Part shown: one piece after another, positions 19,608 to 30,492 of the stretch
Layout: every line of letters begins with the position of its first letter
Numbering within the stretch: the stretch's first letter is position 1
NCBI GenBank assembly: GCA_050633245.1
Contig: JBOEGD010000012.1
Coordinates: 1-64,000 of the forward strand
DNA length: 64,000 bases
Source: Calditrichia bacterium
GTDB taxonomy: Bacteria > Calditrichota > Calditrichia > RBG-13-44-9 > J075
Direction: 5' to 3'
Position numbers and translations under genes: made by a program
The notes under the pieces: generated by a model
The model's input: only the letters and a program-made list of their open reading frames with translations
Told to the model about the DNA's origin: nothing
Database searches by the model: none

Positions 19608-20299
19608 CACGAATTTTACTCGTTGAGGATGAAATGCGCGCAGCTAAGCGGATGATGCGGCTACTGGAAGAACATTTTCCCGAAGAATTTTCCATAACGC
19701 ATCATCAGGATATTCATGAAGGAATTGCCTGGCTGAAAGATAACGAGATCGATCTGCTGCTGCTTGATTTAAACTTAAACGGAGAGAGCGGATTTGATGT
19801 ATTAAAAAATACCGTTGCTGAGTCATTTCAGACGATCATCTGCTCGGCCTATACCGATAAGGCAATTGAAGCCTTCGAACATGGCGTGCTGGACTTTATT
19901 CCCAAACCACTAATGGCAAGTCGCTTGAAACAGGGGTTAGATCGTTATTTCGGTACCCGCGGCCCTGAACATGAAATGCAGTTATTGGCCGTTAAACGGG
20001 CTGGTGAAATAAAAATGCTACCGCTGGAGCGTGTCGATTTCATAAAAGCGGCCGGTCATTACTCAGAACTTCATGTCGATACAGGTAAATCTGTATTACA
20101 CGATAAATCGCTGGAGAAACTGGAGCGGTTATTACCTATACACTTTCGTCGCATTCACAAGTCGTTTATTGCAAACCTGAACTCTATAGAAAAGCTAAAG
20201 TCGTATCCCGGGAGTAAATACGAAGCCAAAATGAGAAATGGCGAAACGTTGCCCATCGGCCGTCATCGCTATAAAGAGCTAAAGCAAGCTCTTCTTTAA
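19604..20299 (+). CDS. LytTR-family response regulator
   Basis: REC domain (VEDE, LLDLNL, FIPKP), LytTR domain (FRRIHKSFIAN) and ATGA overlap with the kinase. Confidence 0.93.
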   Translation: MTRILLVEDEMRAAKRMMRLLEEHFPEEFSITHHQDIHEGIAWLKDNEIDLLLLDLNLNGESGFDVLKNTVAESFQTIICSAYTDKAIEAFEHGVLDFIPKPLMASRLKQGLDRYFGTRGPEHEMQLLAVKRAGEIKMLPLERVDFIKAAGHYSELHVDTGKSVLHDKSLEKLERLLPIHFRRIHKSFIANLNSIEKLKSYPGSKYEAKMRNGETLPIGRHRYKELKQALL

Positions 20300-20384
20300 T
20301 GCTATTTTGTAATAAGCCTTATGGTTATATTGCCTTTCCTCTCTTTTATTTTATCATCACACTTATCCTATGGGAGTTTGGTAC

Positions 20385-22988
20385 ATGAAATCACGTCTAT
20401 ATATTTTGACCGCTCTGCTTTGTTGCGGAATCGGTGTCAGTTTGTTTATGATGACCGACAATACATCGTTGGATGCCGAAATCTGGCAGCAGAAACTTGA
20501 GAAGTCCGAGCCGGGCCCAGATCAACGACCATCTGAGTGGCTTTGGGAACGTCGTACATTCCCACATGGTGACGTAGCAAAGGGTGCACATCTGGAAATG
20601 CTTCAGCAAGCTCAGCAAATGCATGCCGAGAAGCGTTCGCAGAAAGGTAATGAACTCACATGGGAATTCGCAGGACCAACCAATGTGCAGGGTCGCGTCA
20701 ATGATATTGAATTCGATCCCATCAATCCAAATATTATTTATACGCTACCCAACACCGGTGGCGTATTTAAATCGACCGACTCCGGCACATCCTGGATTCC
20801 TGTTTTTGATGAGCAGTCTATCCTAACCACCGGAGACATTGCCATTGACCCGATCACCCCAACCACATTGTATGTTGGAACTGGTGACCCGAATGGCGGA
20901 TCGCGTAATTTTCCGGGAGCGGGCATGTATAAGTCAACCGATGCAGGCGACACCTGGCAGCTCATAGGGCTGGAAAACACCGTTTCGATTGGACGCGTCT
21001 TAGTCGATCCGGTAAACACGCAGCGAGTCTTCGTAGCAGCAATCGGTTCTTACTTTGCGCCCAACCCGGAGCGCGGCGTGTATCGCAGCAGCGATGGCGG
21101 AGCCAGCTGGGACAATGTTCTATTTGTGAGCGACTCTACCGGCGCGATTGATTTGATCATGGATCCCACCAATCCCAACTTCCTTATGGCAGCAATGTGG
21201 GAACGCGTTCGCCGTCCACAATCGTCGCATCTATTTGGGCCAACCGGCGGCATCTATACAAGCACCGACGGTGGAGATACCTGGAATTTGATCGATCCGG
21301 TTTCTGCGGGTCTTCCCGATCCGACCGCCAGGAATGTTGGACGAATTGGCTTAGCGATAAGTCAGAGCGATCCCAACATTATCTATGCTCTCTATAATGA
21401 TGGCCGAACCTTAATCGGTATCTATAAATCAATCGATCAGGGAGCCACCTGGACCGATGCGGATCCGAACAATCAGCTTAGTGCCGCTTTCGGAACATTT
21501 AGCTGGAATATGGGACAAATTCGCGTTCATCCAACCGACCCGGATATTGTGTATGTGCTGGATGTGCGGATGGCAAAAACAACCAATGGCGGGAATAGCT
21601 GGAGCATTGATGTGCCATTTCACGTAGACTTTCATGCACTGGCGTTTAATCCACAGAATTCCGATCACATTCTTCTCGGTGGTGATGGCGGTATCGATAT
21701 CTCAACCAATGGCGGGAATAGCTGGAGTGAAATCCCCGGTCTACCGGTAACGCAATTTTATGAGATTGGACTCGATGCGAGCAATCCACAGCGACTATAC
21801 GGCGGCACGCAGGACAACAGCACCCCGCGCACGCTTACCGGTCAGCTGGATGATTGGGATATTCTTTTTGGTGGAGATGGCTTCTATGTCATCGTTGACC
21901 CGACTAATCCCAACGTCATCTACGCAGAAGCTCAATTTGGTTTCCTGGGTAAGTCTACAAATGGTGGCGCCTCATTTAATTCTCCGGTTACAAATGGCAT
22001 CAACGGTTCGGAACCAACAAACTGGTCTACACCGGTTATTATGGATCCGAATAACTCGCAGCGACTGTATTACGGCACAAACCGCGTGTATCGCACAGAG
22101 AATGGTGCCTCGAACTGGAATGCTATTAGTCCCGACTTAACCGATGGCGGACCGCGTCTCGGAACGATCACCACCATCGCTGTTGCGCCAACTAATACCG
22201 ACATCATCTATGCTGGAACCGATGATAGCCATGTCTGGCTCAGCACAGATTTTGGTCTTTCCTGGAATGAAGTAACTGCCCCGGCCATGCCCTATCGCTG
22301 GGTAACGCGCGTGGCGGTTGACCCGACTGATGAGAATGTAGCCTATGTCGCCTTCTCCGGGCTAAAGTGGCGCGACCCCGAACCGCACATCTTTAGAACC
22401 AGTGACCTTGGTGCAAATTGGACGGATATCAGCAGCAACCTGCCCAGCGCGCCAATTAATGCGATTGCAATTGATCCGATTGTGCAGGACGCCGTATATA
22501 TTGGTACGGATGTCGGTGCTTACGTGAGTTTTGATGCAGGTGGCAACTGGGAAGTGCTTGGAACAGGAATGCCGTTGGTAACGGTCTTTGATATGAAGAT
22601 TCACCCGAATGAGCATTTCCTGGTAGCTGGAACATACGGTCGGTCAATGTATAAAATGGATCTCTCGCCACTTACCGGAATCGGACAAGAAGGTGAGTCG
22701 GGAGTGGCAGAAGGCTTTCAGCTGGAGCAGAACTTCCCGAATCCGTTTAACCCGAGCACAACCATTCGCTATAGTTTAGAAAGTGCCAATACCGTTAGCT
22801 TGAAGGTTTTCAACACTCTGGGACAGGAAGTGAGATCTCTTGTGAGCAAGCAGCAGGCAGCAGGCGACTATTCCATAGATTGGAATGGATTGGACAATTC
22901 CGGGGCAGCAGTTGCTTCCGGCACCTATGTTTATCAGCTACGCGTGGAGAATCAAGTGTTGAGCAAAAAAATGACGCTGCTACAGTAA
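20385..22988 (+). CDS. Secreted VPS10/BNR-repeat beta-propeller (GH74/sortilin-like) with CTD
   Basis: Many S.D.G..W BNR repeats, GGTQDN, GGDGF and QNFPNPFNP. Start placed at the second ATG, behind GGGAG. Confidence 0.88.
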   Translation: MKSRLYILTALLCCGIGVSLFMMTDNTSLDAEIWQQKLEKSEPGPDQRPSEWLWERRTFPHGDVAKGAHLEMLQQAQQMHAEKRSQKGNELTWEFAGPTNVQGRVNDIEFDPINPNIIYTLPNTGGVFKSTDSGTSWIPVFDEQSILTTGDIAIDPITPTTLYVGTGDPNGGSRNFPGAGMYKSTDAGDTWQLIGLENTVSIGRVLVDPVNTQRVFVAAIGSYFAPNPERGVYRSSDGGASWDNVLFVSDSTGAIDLIMDPTNPNFLMAAMWERVRRPQSSHLFGPTGGIYTSTDGGDTWNLIDPVSAGLPDPTARNVGRIGLAISQSDPNIIYALYNDGRTLIGIYKSIDQGATWTDADPNNQLSAAFGTFSWNMGQIRVHPTDPDIVYVLDVRMAKTTNGGNSWSIDVPFHVDFHALAFNPQNSDHILLGGDGGIDISTNGGNSWSEIPGLPVTQFYEIGLDASNPQRLYGGTQDNSTPRTLTGQLDDWDILFGGDGFYVIVDPTNPNVIYAEAQFGFLGKSTNGGASFNSPVTNGINGSEPTNWSTPVIMDPNNSQRLYYGTNRVYRTENGASNWNAISPDLTDGGPRLGTITTIAVAPTNTDIIYAGTDDSHVWLSTDFGLSWNEVTAPAMPYRWVTRVAVDPTDENVAYVAFSGLKWRDPEPHIFRTSDLGANWTDISSNLPSAPINAIAIDPIVQDAVYIGTDVGAYVSFDAGGNWEVLGTGMPLVTVFDMKIHPNEHFLVAGTYGRSMYKMDLSPLTGIGQEGESGVAEGFQLEQNFPNPFNPSTTIRYSLESANTVSLKVFNTLGQEVRSLVSKQQAAGDYSIDWNGLDNSGAAVASGTYVYQLRVENQVLSKKMTLLQ

Positions 22989-23017
22989 TCTTCTGCTATA
23001 CAAAAACTGTATTATCA

Positions 23018-23052
23018 AAAAGGTGGCTGCGTTGGGTTTGCAGCCACCTTTT
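23018..23052. terminator. Bidirectional intrinsic terminator
   Basis: aaaaggtggctgc / gcagccacctttt. Confidence 0.85.
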
Positions 23053-23133
23053 CTGTTTTAACCGCGATTCCATTTCGTCGGATTTTAAATGATATAATTA
23101 CAACCCTTGCACAGGCAGGAGAGATGATCTTAA

Positions 23134-24303
23134 TCATTTAGGCGCAACTGCCTCAATTGTACGAACAAGCCCGCTTTTTCGATTATACAACAAAAGCTGA
23201 TCATCTAAATAAAATACCTTGTCATCAAGAAAACTCGGCATTGGAACATCCAATACTTTTTTCCCGTCTTTTGAATAAAAATCCAATCTCGCAGGCTTTC
23301 TGGTTCGGTGATAAAGATATTCTGTTCCGACAAGAAAACCCATATTATCTGATCCCCACACATCGTTACCCATCTCCTCCTCATTAGCACTCTTCGTCCA
23401 AACGTGCCTGCCGAGAATAATATCCGTCATGCCTAATATTCCCACATGCCAGTTCTTAAGCCGTTCTTTCACCAGAGTAGCCCGTGTGGCTCTTGTAGAT
23501 GCCCAAAAAACAAATCGGCCGTCCTCACTTATCACGGCTCTGGTTGAACCGAGCTTATCAGAAACATTCAGTTTGACTATTTGTTGACCCAAACTATCCA
23601 GCACATACACATTGTTTACTCCAGTAAAGCAAATGCGCTTATTACGCGAAACCGATAAGGTATTTCGTTGAAGAGAACCACCTGAGGCCTCCCATAGCAC
23701 TTCAGCATTTTTATTCAAAGCGATCAGCTTGTTATTTGCATAGCATAAATACAGTCCGTCTCGCTCGGCCATATAGCTATAGTGTGTAAGCTCGGGCATT
23801 TCTCTTATTAAGGTGCCATTTTGAGCATAAAAGGCACAAGTTTCACGCTGCTGCTCATAACCATTATCTGCCAGAATAAACGTAGAGTCTGAAAAGTATC
23901 GCAGAGACTGCATCTTATCTTCTACCCGACCAAGCTCTTCACCCATTCTCGAATAAATTTGTGAGATAATTTTTACCGGTGAACCTCCCTCCAATTCTTC
24001 AGAAAAGTCCTGGGTGATAATCAGAGCGCGGTTCTCAAATAACTGAGCTCGTTGTTTAAAAGGATTATCCGTTCCAATTCCTCGAACGGGTAAAGTCTTA
24101 ATCAGTTGCCCACTTTCATCAAAGAACAATAGATCGGACTCAAACTTTGAAATTTTCATTTGAAATATGTACTTTTTCGATACATCAACATCAGCCAGCT
24201 GACGGTGATATTCTGCCGGCGAAGCATATTCATTTACAATCAGCTCCTGAGCAAAGAGTTGTGAGGTTAATAACCCTACAAAATAGAGGAATAGTCGGAA
24301 CAT
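23134..24303 (-). CDS. Secreted hypothetical protein, probable beta-propeller
   Basis: Signal peptide MFRLFLYFVGLLTSQLFAQ (start moved to ATG 24303) and repeated D..G..(I/L)W-like blades. Confidence 0.7.
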   Translation of the reverse strand: MFRLFLYFVGLLTSQLFAQELIVNEYASPAEYHRQLADVDVSKKYIFQMKISKFESDLLFFDESGQLIKTLPVRGIGTDNPFKQRAQLFENRALIITQDFSEELEGGSPVKIISQIYSRMGEELGRVEDKMQSLRYFSDSTFILADNGYEQQRETCAFYAQNGTLIREMPELTHYSYMAERDGLYLCYANNKLIALNKNAEVLWEASGGSLQRNTLSVSRNKRICFTGVNNVYVLDSLGQQIVKLNVSDKLGSTRAVISEDGRFVFWASTRATRATLVKERLKNWHVGILGMTDIILGRHVWTKSANEEEMGNDVWGSDNMGFLVGTEYLYHRTRKPARLDFYSKDGKKVLDVPMPSFLDDKVFYLDDQLLLYNRKSGLVRTIEAVAPK

Positions 24304-24388
24304 CAGAACCCGTTTTGTGAAGTAGTTTGTGTTAGGGAGGTAATTAAATAATATGCGTAAGAATAAGGGAATGCAACTTAATTCAGTC

Positions 24389-27055
24389 TTAGCGCAACAA
24401 TAACATCTTTTTGGTGATCGTCTGTCCGACATGATTCAGCTGATAAAAATACAGCCCGCTGGCCACGCGCTCACCGAGACTGTTTCTACCGTCCCACTTC
24501 ACTGTATAGCTGCCGGGATCATGGTTTCCTTCGACCAGCATTTTTATCAACGCTCCGCGTGCATCATAAATTTTCAGCTTTACCAGGCCAGAGCCGTCTG
24601 CAACCCCATACTCAACTTCGGTGCAAAGTAAGAATGGATTGGGATAGTTTTGCCCCAGAAAGAAGAGTGCCGGTGGCTGCTGTTCTTCAATGCCACTACC
24701 GAGCAATTCCACATAGAGAGTATCATTCGTCAAGTCGTCACTTGCTATCCGCAAGCGCGCTGTCTTTTCTCCTACATTTGTCGGTAAAAAGCTTATGGAA
24801 AGATGAATACTATCTTGAGGAGATACAAGATATGGTAACGAATCCGAAGGGAGAATAAACAACCCGGCATCCGCACCAACAATCTCGATATTCTGTATCT
24901 TGAGATCCGTCATCCCAAGGTTTAAAATGCGAATTGAGTCGGATTGCAAATCGCCAATCGGCAGTTCACCATAATCCAGCGTGTCTGGCATTACGACAAT
25001 CTGTGGCACTGGCAGGGCCAGTCCGTGCAAGAGAACTTCTTGTAGACCAATCTCCTGATCATTACTGGTAACCTGCAAAGCCACCTCTTTGATACCCACA
25101 CTCTGCGGAAAAAACTGAATATCTATCAAAATGCTGTCTTGAGGATAAATAATTTGTGGCAAAGCGAGAGGCTGAAGTTGAAATGCTAAAGAGTCTGTTC
25201 CGACGATTGTAATCTGTTGAACAGTAAGATCTGTAGTCCCTACATTATAAACGATTACCTGCTTTGCAGCAGAACCGCCAACGGCTAATTCACCAAAATT
25301 CAGTGTGTCAGGTGAGACCTCGATTTGTGGTGAAGGCAAACCAACTCCGACCAATGGCACTTCTAGCAGGACTTCATCAGGATCATCATTTTCAATAAGT
25401 AGCTGAACGGATTTTTCACCAATTGACGTCGGACTAAATCGTAGTGTCATCGTCGTACTAAAACCGGGCTGTAGCACATGCGGTGCATTGCCGGCGGCGA
25501 TGCGAAAATGACTACTATCTGGCTCCGCAATACTGGTGCTGCTAATTGTCAACGTCCCGCTACCCACATTTGATAGCGTTAGTATTTTATCCACAGAATC
25601 ACCAACGGCAATCCCTGCAAAATTCAAGCTATCCGGCGAGATAATAATATCAGGAATCGGTTCGATATCGACTCCGGTTCCAAAGAGGTTCAGCACCAGC
25701 GGAGACAGATTTGGATCGTTGCTTTCGATGACCAATCCGGCACTGATATCGTTTAACTCAACCGGATGAAAGCCTACTGTCAACTGTGCGCTATCGCCGG
25801 GAGCAATGGTCATCATTCCTCCTCCCGAAAGAATGGAATACTGAATCGGCTCTCCACTGCTGATTCGAGTCTCCGTAATAACCAGCTCAGCACTTCCGGT
25901 ATTGTAAATATTCAATTGCTGACTTACCGTATCACCCAGCAGCACTTCACCAAAGTTAAAATCAACTGGATCGGTAACAATATTCGGGGCAGCATAGGCG
26001 ATTCCAGACAGGCTGACCAAAACCGGATTTTCATCTCCATCGCTATTGTAGATTTCAAGTATCGCACTTTTATTCCCTGCAGATAGAGGTTCAAAAAACA
26101 CGGTCGCTCCACGGCTTGCACCACCGGGGAGAGAAAAAGGCCCACGATCGCCCGAAAGCGCAGACAAATTAAATTCACCACTATCTGGCCCGACAATGAC
26201 GAGCGTGTCAACTACAAGAGTGCTTTGACCAACATTCGAAATAAGCAGCGAAAGATTATTAAAGAGACCAACTTCCACAGAGTCCATATCCAAAACCAGT
26301 GGAGACACCTCTATTTCCGGTGGGCCAAGAGACAAGCCTTCTCCCAGAAGCGTTATTCCAACTGGACTTTCATCGGGATCATTGCTGTAGAAATCCACTT
26401 GGCCTTCAAGCACACCCGCCATTTGAGGAGAAAAACCCATTAGTAACGACACGAAGCCACCGGCAGGAACGCTAAACGAACCCGGAAAATTATCGCGAAA
26501 AAAGCTGGCACTACCCGGCCCGCTGATAACTGTGCTGTCTATCGTTAAGGCTGCGCCACCGTTATTGGATATTGAAAAGATAAGGCTGGTGCTATCGCCG
26601 ACTTCGATTGTTGAGAAGCTCAAGGTATCAGTGTTTAGCTGAATATCCGGAACAGGTGCAGGCACTGCGGTAGCAACAAGCTCGATTGGGTATGGATTGA
26701 CACCAACATTATTACTAAAAATCAGGATCCTGGCATCTTTTTCTCCCGCAACCTGAGGCTCGAAGAAAGCTAGATTCACGTGCTGACCATTCGGCGGTAA
26801 TTGAAACGGATCGTTAAACTGCAGAGAGAACTCAGCGGCATCAGGCCCGGCAAAAACAACGCTGTCTATAGATAACGTCTCAGTCCCGATATTAGAATAA
26901 ATAAGCGAAGCACTACGCGTTTGACCAACCTGTGCAGTTGGAAAGAAGATGGAATCCGGACCGCTTATTTGCTGTGCTTCTGCTGTGAAAGACAGCAGAA
27001 ACCAGCAAAACACTGCGATGGCACATTTTGACGCTTGTCGAATCATTATTTTCAC
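24389..27055 (-). CDS. Secreted protein with seven choice-of-anchor-D (ASH-like Ig) repeats and a FlgD-type CTD
   Basis: Seven units of P.I.V.P..L.FG....G...I.N.G...L.I...F.P...G...L.I.SND. CTD reads QNYPNPFLL...SGLYFYQL. Confidence 0.88.
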   Translation of the reverse strand: MKIMIRQASKCAIAVFCWFLLSFTAEAQQISGPDSIFFPTAQVGQTRSASLIYSNIGTETLSIDSVVFAGPDAAEFSLQFNDPFQLPPNGQHVNLAFFEPQVAGEKDARILIFSNNVGVNPYPIELVATAVPAPVPDIQLNTDTLSFSTIEVGDSTSLIFSISNNGGAALTIDSTVISGPGSASFFRDNFPGSFSVPAGGFVSLLMGFSPQMAGVLEGQVDFYSNDPDESPVGITLLGEGLSLGPPEIEVSPLVLDMDSVEVGLFNNLSLLISNVGQSTLVVDTLVIVGPDSGEFNLSALSGDRGPFSLPGGASRGATVFFEPLSAGNKSAILEIYNSDGDENPVLVSLSGIAYAAPNIVTDPVDFNFGEVLLGDTVSQQLNIYNTGSAELVITETRISSGEPIQYSILSGGGMMTIAPGDSAQLTVGFHPVELNDISAGLVIESNDPNLSPLVLNLFGTGVDIEPIPDIIISPDSLNFAGIAVGDSVDKILTLSNVGSGTLTISSTSIAEPDSSHFRIAAGNAPHVLQPGFSTTMTLRFSPTSIGEKSVQLLIENDDPDEVLLEVPLVGVGLPSPQIEVSPDTLNFGELAVGGSAAKQVIVYNVGTTDLTVQQITIVGTDSLAFQLQPLALPQIIYPQDSILIDIQFFPQSVGIKEVALQVTSNDQEIGLQEVLLHGLALPVPQIVVMPDTLDYGELPIGDLQSDSIRILNLGMTDLKIQNIEIVGADAGLFILPSDSLPYLVSPQDSIHLSISFLPTNVGEKTARLRIASDDLTNDTLYVELLGSGIEEQQPPALFFLGQNYPNPFLLCTEVEYGVADGSGLVKLKIYDARGALIKMLVEGNHDPGSYTVKWDGRNSLGERVASGLYFYQLNHVGQTITKKMLLLR

Positions 27056-27076
27056 CTTAAAATTCTTGGCTCAGCT

Positions 27077-29194
27077 CTATCGAAGTAATAGCATACGACG
27101 GCTAAGCTGATTTTTACCGGATCTCAGTCGATACAAATAGATACCACTTGAAACTGTTTTCCCCGCAGTATTGCGTCCATCCCAAGAAACCTGATAGCTA
27201 CCAGCTGGCTGGACCCCACTGGATAATTGTGCCACCTTTTGTCCGAGCAATGAGTAGACTGCCAAGTCGACGTCTTCTGTTCGCAACAGGCGATAGCTAA
27301 TTTGCGTTGTTGGGTTAAATGGGTTGGGATAATTCTGAAGCAGCTGCATCGTTTCAGACACCTGTTCAGAACCGGACGGGCCGATTGGCAGGGAGCTATT
27401 CTCCCATTTAAGAATTTGCCCGGCACTTCCACAGAACCAGCCAAGGTCGTCATTTAGGAAAAAAAGGTATGAGTTCACACTCCCCGGAGGCTGCTTTTCC
27501 GCCCAGCTTAAGCCGCCGTCCATGGAATGATAAACGCTATAAAAAATGCCCTGCGCAGTCGTCGTCGATGCAATTCCCCATAGCGACGTTGCGCTAACGG
27601 CTGAAAGACGGGCTAATTGTGGCGTATTCGCATTGCTCAACAAGTTCCAGGTTTGCCCACCGTCCGTAGTCCCCTGAAGCTGTGCGCCAAGTACCCAACC
27701 GTTAGTGGCATCAAAAAACTCGAGTTCCGACATGCTCCCTGTAACTGGCGTATTCACAGAATTCCATGTCTGACCAGCATCGATGCTTTTTTCAAGTCCC
27801 AGATTTCCAACCATCCAGCCGGTATTGGCGTCAGTAAAAACCAGATCATTACCAAAAAATGAACCACCGGAAATATTGTAGTACGTCCAAGTGGCACCGC
27901 CATCAGTGGTGTAGAGAATATCACGAGTGGCATCCATTGCCCAGCCCGTAGTAGCGTCAATAAAAGAGATATGTCTATAAGGTGCCAACCCTGCCGAAAA
28001 GCTTGATGTTTGCCAGGTTGCGCCGCCATCACTGGTGCGACGAATTATCCCGGACTGCGATTCGACAAAGATACCTGTTTGCGAATCGAAGACTTGAAAC
28101 GTGCTGATTGCACTTCCACTGCTATCCGACAATAGCCAGGTATTCCCACCGTCATTCGTTTTATATATCTCGCCACCGGCAACTGCCCAGCCATTTGAGG
28201 CGTCTAAAAACTGCACTTTGCCAATATTTGAACGCGTTATCGCACTCCCCTGCTCAACCCAGGTTTCTCCAGCATCCGCAGAGAATAACACAACTCCTCC
28301 GCTTCCAACTGCCCAAGCCAACTCATTTTGCCCAAAACGGACGTCCAATAGCGAAATCGTCGCGTCGCTGTATTTCTGTTCCCAGTTTGCTCCGCCGTCA
28401 GATGTACGAAGCACGGTCCCCAGCGCACCCACCGCAATACCAATATTCTGGTCTTTGAAATCGACCGCGAATAGATTATCCGTCACGCCACTACTTTGCG
28501 CACTCCACGTTACGCCGCCATCGGATGTCTTATGAATACTGCCAAAACCGCCAACCGCCCAACCAACCGATGAGTTGGCAAAGGAAAGATCATTGGGTGA
28601 ACCTACGCCGGGTGCAATGGCCGATGACCAGCTACTTCCACCATCTGTAGTGTAAATAATGGAGCTGGAAAAACCGCAAGCCCAACCAGAATCTGCTGTA
28701 GTAAACTGAATAGAGGAAAGGCTGCCACTAAACCCCGTCGGCATTATACTCCACGTCGCTCCGCCATCAGAGCTTTTGTAAATGTCCGAACTTTCGGTGC
28801 TTCCCATATAGCCCACAGATGCATCCACAAAGCAAAGCGCAGAAAAGCTGTTTAGCGTGTCGACAAAGCTGCTGCTCCAGGTTGCGCCCCCGTCGATGCT
28901 CTTATAAATATTTTCTGAATCTCCAACCAGCCAACCGGTGTTAGAATCAATGAACTGGAGAGCATTCAGAGAACGAAGGCCATTAAAGTAATGCTCAACC
29001 TGCCAGGCCGAACCACCGTCATCGCTTTGCTGAATTGTGCCGCTAAGCCCCACGGCAACGATACGGTTTTGATCGATGGAACAGACATTATTGAGCGCGT
29101 TGCCCTGCGGCAGCGGATTTTGCCACTCCCACTGTGCGAATAAAAAGTTGATGAAGAATATGTGAAGAAAAAGAATCTGCGAGATGCTCTTCAT
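27077..29194 (-). CDS. YCF48-like BNR-repeat propeller protein with CTD
   Basis: QWEWQNPLPQGNALN, many GWAVG..G.I.KT.DGG.TW repeats and QNYPNPFNP. AGGAGG precedes ATG 29194. Confidence 0.88.
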   Translation of the reverse strand: MKSISQILFLHIFFINFLFAQWEWQNPLPQGNALNNVCSIDQNRIVAVGLSGTIQQSDDGGSAWQVEHYFNGLRSLNALQFIDSNTGWLVGDSENIYKSIDGGATWSSSFVDTLNSFSALCFVDASVGYMGSTESSDIYKSSDGGATWSIMPTGFSGSLSSIQFTTADSGWACGFSSSIIYTTDGGSSWSSAIAPGVGSPNDLSFANSSVGWAVGGFGSIHKTSDGGVTWSAQSSGVTDNLFAVDFKDQNIGIAVGALGTVLRTSDGGANWEQKYSDATISLLDVRFGQNELAWAVGSGGVVLFSADAGETWVEQGSAITRSNIGKVQFLDASNGWAVAGGEIYKTNDGGNTWLLSDSSGSAISTFQVFDSQTGIFVESQSGIIRRTSDGGATWQTSSFSAGLAPYRHISFIDATTGWAMDATRDILYTTDGGATWTYYNISGGSFFGNDLVFTDANTGWMVGNLGLEKSIDAGQTWNSVNTPVTGSMSELEFFDATNGWVLGAQLQGTTDGGQTWNLLSNANTPQLARLSAVSATSLWGIASTTTAQGIFYSVYHSMDGGLSWAEKQPPGSVNSYLFFLNDDLGWFCGSAGQILKWENSSLPIGPSGSEQVSETMQLLQNYPNPFNPTTQISYRLLRTEDVDLAVYSLLGQKVAQLSSGVQPAGSYQVSWDGRNTAGKTVSSGIYLYRLRSGKNQLSRRMLLLR

Positions 29195-29373
29195 GTGGCC
29201 TCCTGTTTTAAAGCATACAGGAGGAAAACTAAACAAAACATGGGCATTGCGTCTAACAGTCTACGGACATCGTTTGACACCTTAGAGACACATTCCATGA
29301 TTTTATCCGGTAGCTTCTCAATCGAGAAAAATTCCGTTGAATTTCAACCTCAGACCATTCATATTTGTATTCT

Positions 29374-30384
29374 ATGGGACAAATAACCACGCTTTTCGTA
29401 CATAAAGTTCTGGGTGAAGTAAATAGATCTGCCAACAAAGCAGAGCTTCTGCGCTCTATAGACATCGAGCCAAACAGTCCGGTCGACCCGAAACAAATGA
29501 TTTCGGACGCACAGTATTATGATTTCCTGGAACGTGCAGCAATTGCCGACGGTGATGGCACAACGCTACCGCTTCGCGTTGGTGCAACCATGCGCTGCGA
29601 CGATTACGGAGCTTTGGGACTTGCCATGAAATCCGCGCTGAACCTGCAGGGTTCATATGAACGCGCGGAGCGCTATGCTCTCGTTCTAACCAGCGTTGCA
29701 GCATATCAGGTAGAGATTTCCGGTGAGGGGGCATTTATGCATCTGCATCGTGAAGGAGAGCGACGTCTGGGCATGCGCCTATCTAATGAAGCTAGCATTG
29801 CCAGCATCGCTGCAATCAGTCGTGAGGTTACCACCAAGCCGTTTAATTCCGTCGCAGTGTATTTCAAACATATGGCACCGAGTGATATATCAGCCCATGA
29901 ATCATATTTTGATTGTCCTGTTCATTTCAACTCCGACAAGGATGCCCTCTATCTCTCGAAAGACACCTTGTTAGTCCCCAATAAACTGGGAGATAGCGGC
30001 GTCTCGAAATTCTTTGAGACCCATCTCGATTCTGAGCTTTCCAAACTGAGTGATGAAGGTGCCCTGGATAAGCAAGTGCGAATGCAAATTTCACAATCTC
30101 TTAGCGAGGGCATTCCCAGGGTTTCTGATGTTGCCAGCCAACTCGGCATGAGCGCGCGGACCCTGCAACGTCGATTGGCAGACCATGGCTATACTTATCA
30201 AATCCTGGTAGATGAATCCCGGCGGGAGCTTGCAAAGCGTTTATTGTCGCAAACTGATTTTTCTCTGGTAGAAGTCGCCTTCATGACCGGGTTCTCGGAG
30301 CAGAGTGCATTCAATCGTGCCTTCAAACGCTGGGCCGGGCAAACACCGCGCTCCTACCGAATTTTCTCGCAACCTCCAAAATAA
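29374..30384 (+). CDS. AraC-family transcriptional regulator (OruR/ArgR-like N-domain)
   Basis: MSARTLQRRL and VAFMTGFSEQSAFNRAFKRWAGQTP. Confidence 0.93.
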   Translation: MGQITTLFVHKVLGEVNRSANKAELLRSIDIEPNSPVDPKQMISDAQYYDFLERAAIADGDGTTLPLRVGATMRCDDYGALGLAMKSALNLQGSYERAERYALVLTSVAAYQVEISGEGAFMHLHREGERRLGMRLSNEASIASIAAISREVTTKPFNSVAVYFKHMAPSDISAHESYFDCPVHFNSDKDALYLSKDTLLVPNKLGDSGVSKFFETHLDSELSKLSDEGALDKQVRMQISQSLSEGIPRVSDVASQLGMSARTLQRRLADHGYTYQILVDESRRELAKRLLSQTDFSLVEVAFMTGFSEQSAFNRAFKRWAGQTPRSYRIFSQPPK

Positions 30385-30395
30385 AATTCACCACC

Positions 30396-30433
30396 TTGGC
30401 GCAATCGGTCAAAACTTTGGCATCGACCGTCAA
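30396..30433 (+). promoter_or_regulatory. Direct repeat with a 21-bp period, probable binding site for the adjacent AraC
   Basis: ttggcgcaatcggtcaa (30396-30412) and ttggcatcgaccgtcaa (30417-30433), upstream of the NmrA operon. Confidence 0.65.
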
Positions 30434-30492
30434 GATTTTTGCAGACAATTCCTATATCATATGCTTGCAACCTAAAACAAAAGGAGCAGGTA

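Noticed and set aside
29250-29290. attC-like GTCTAAC...GTTTGAC
   Set aside because: Too short, the right end is not GTTRRRY, and there is no integron integrase or array.
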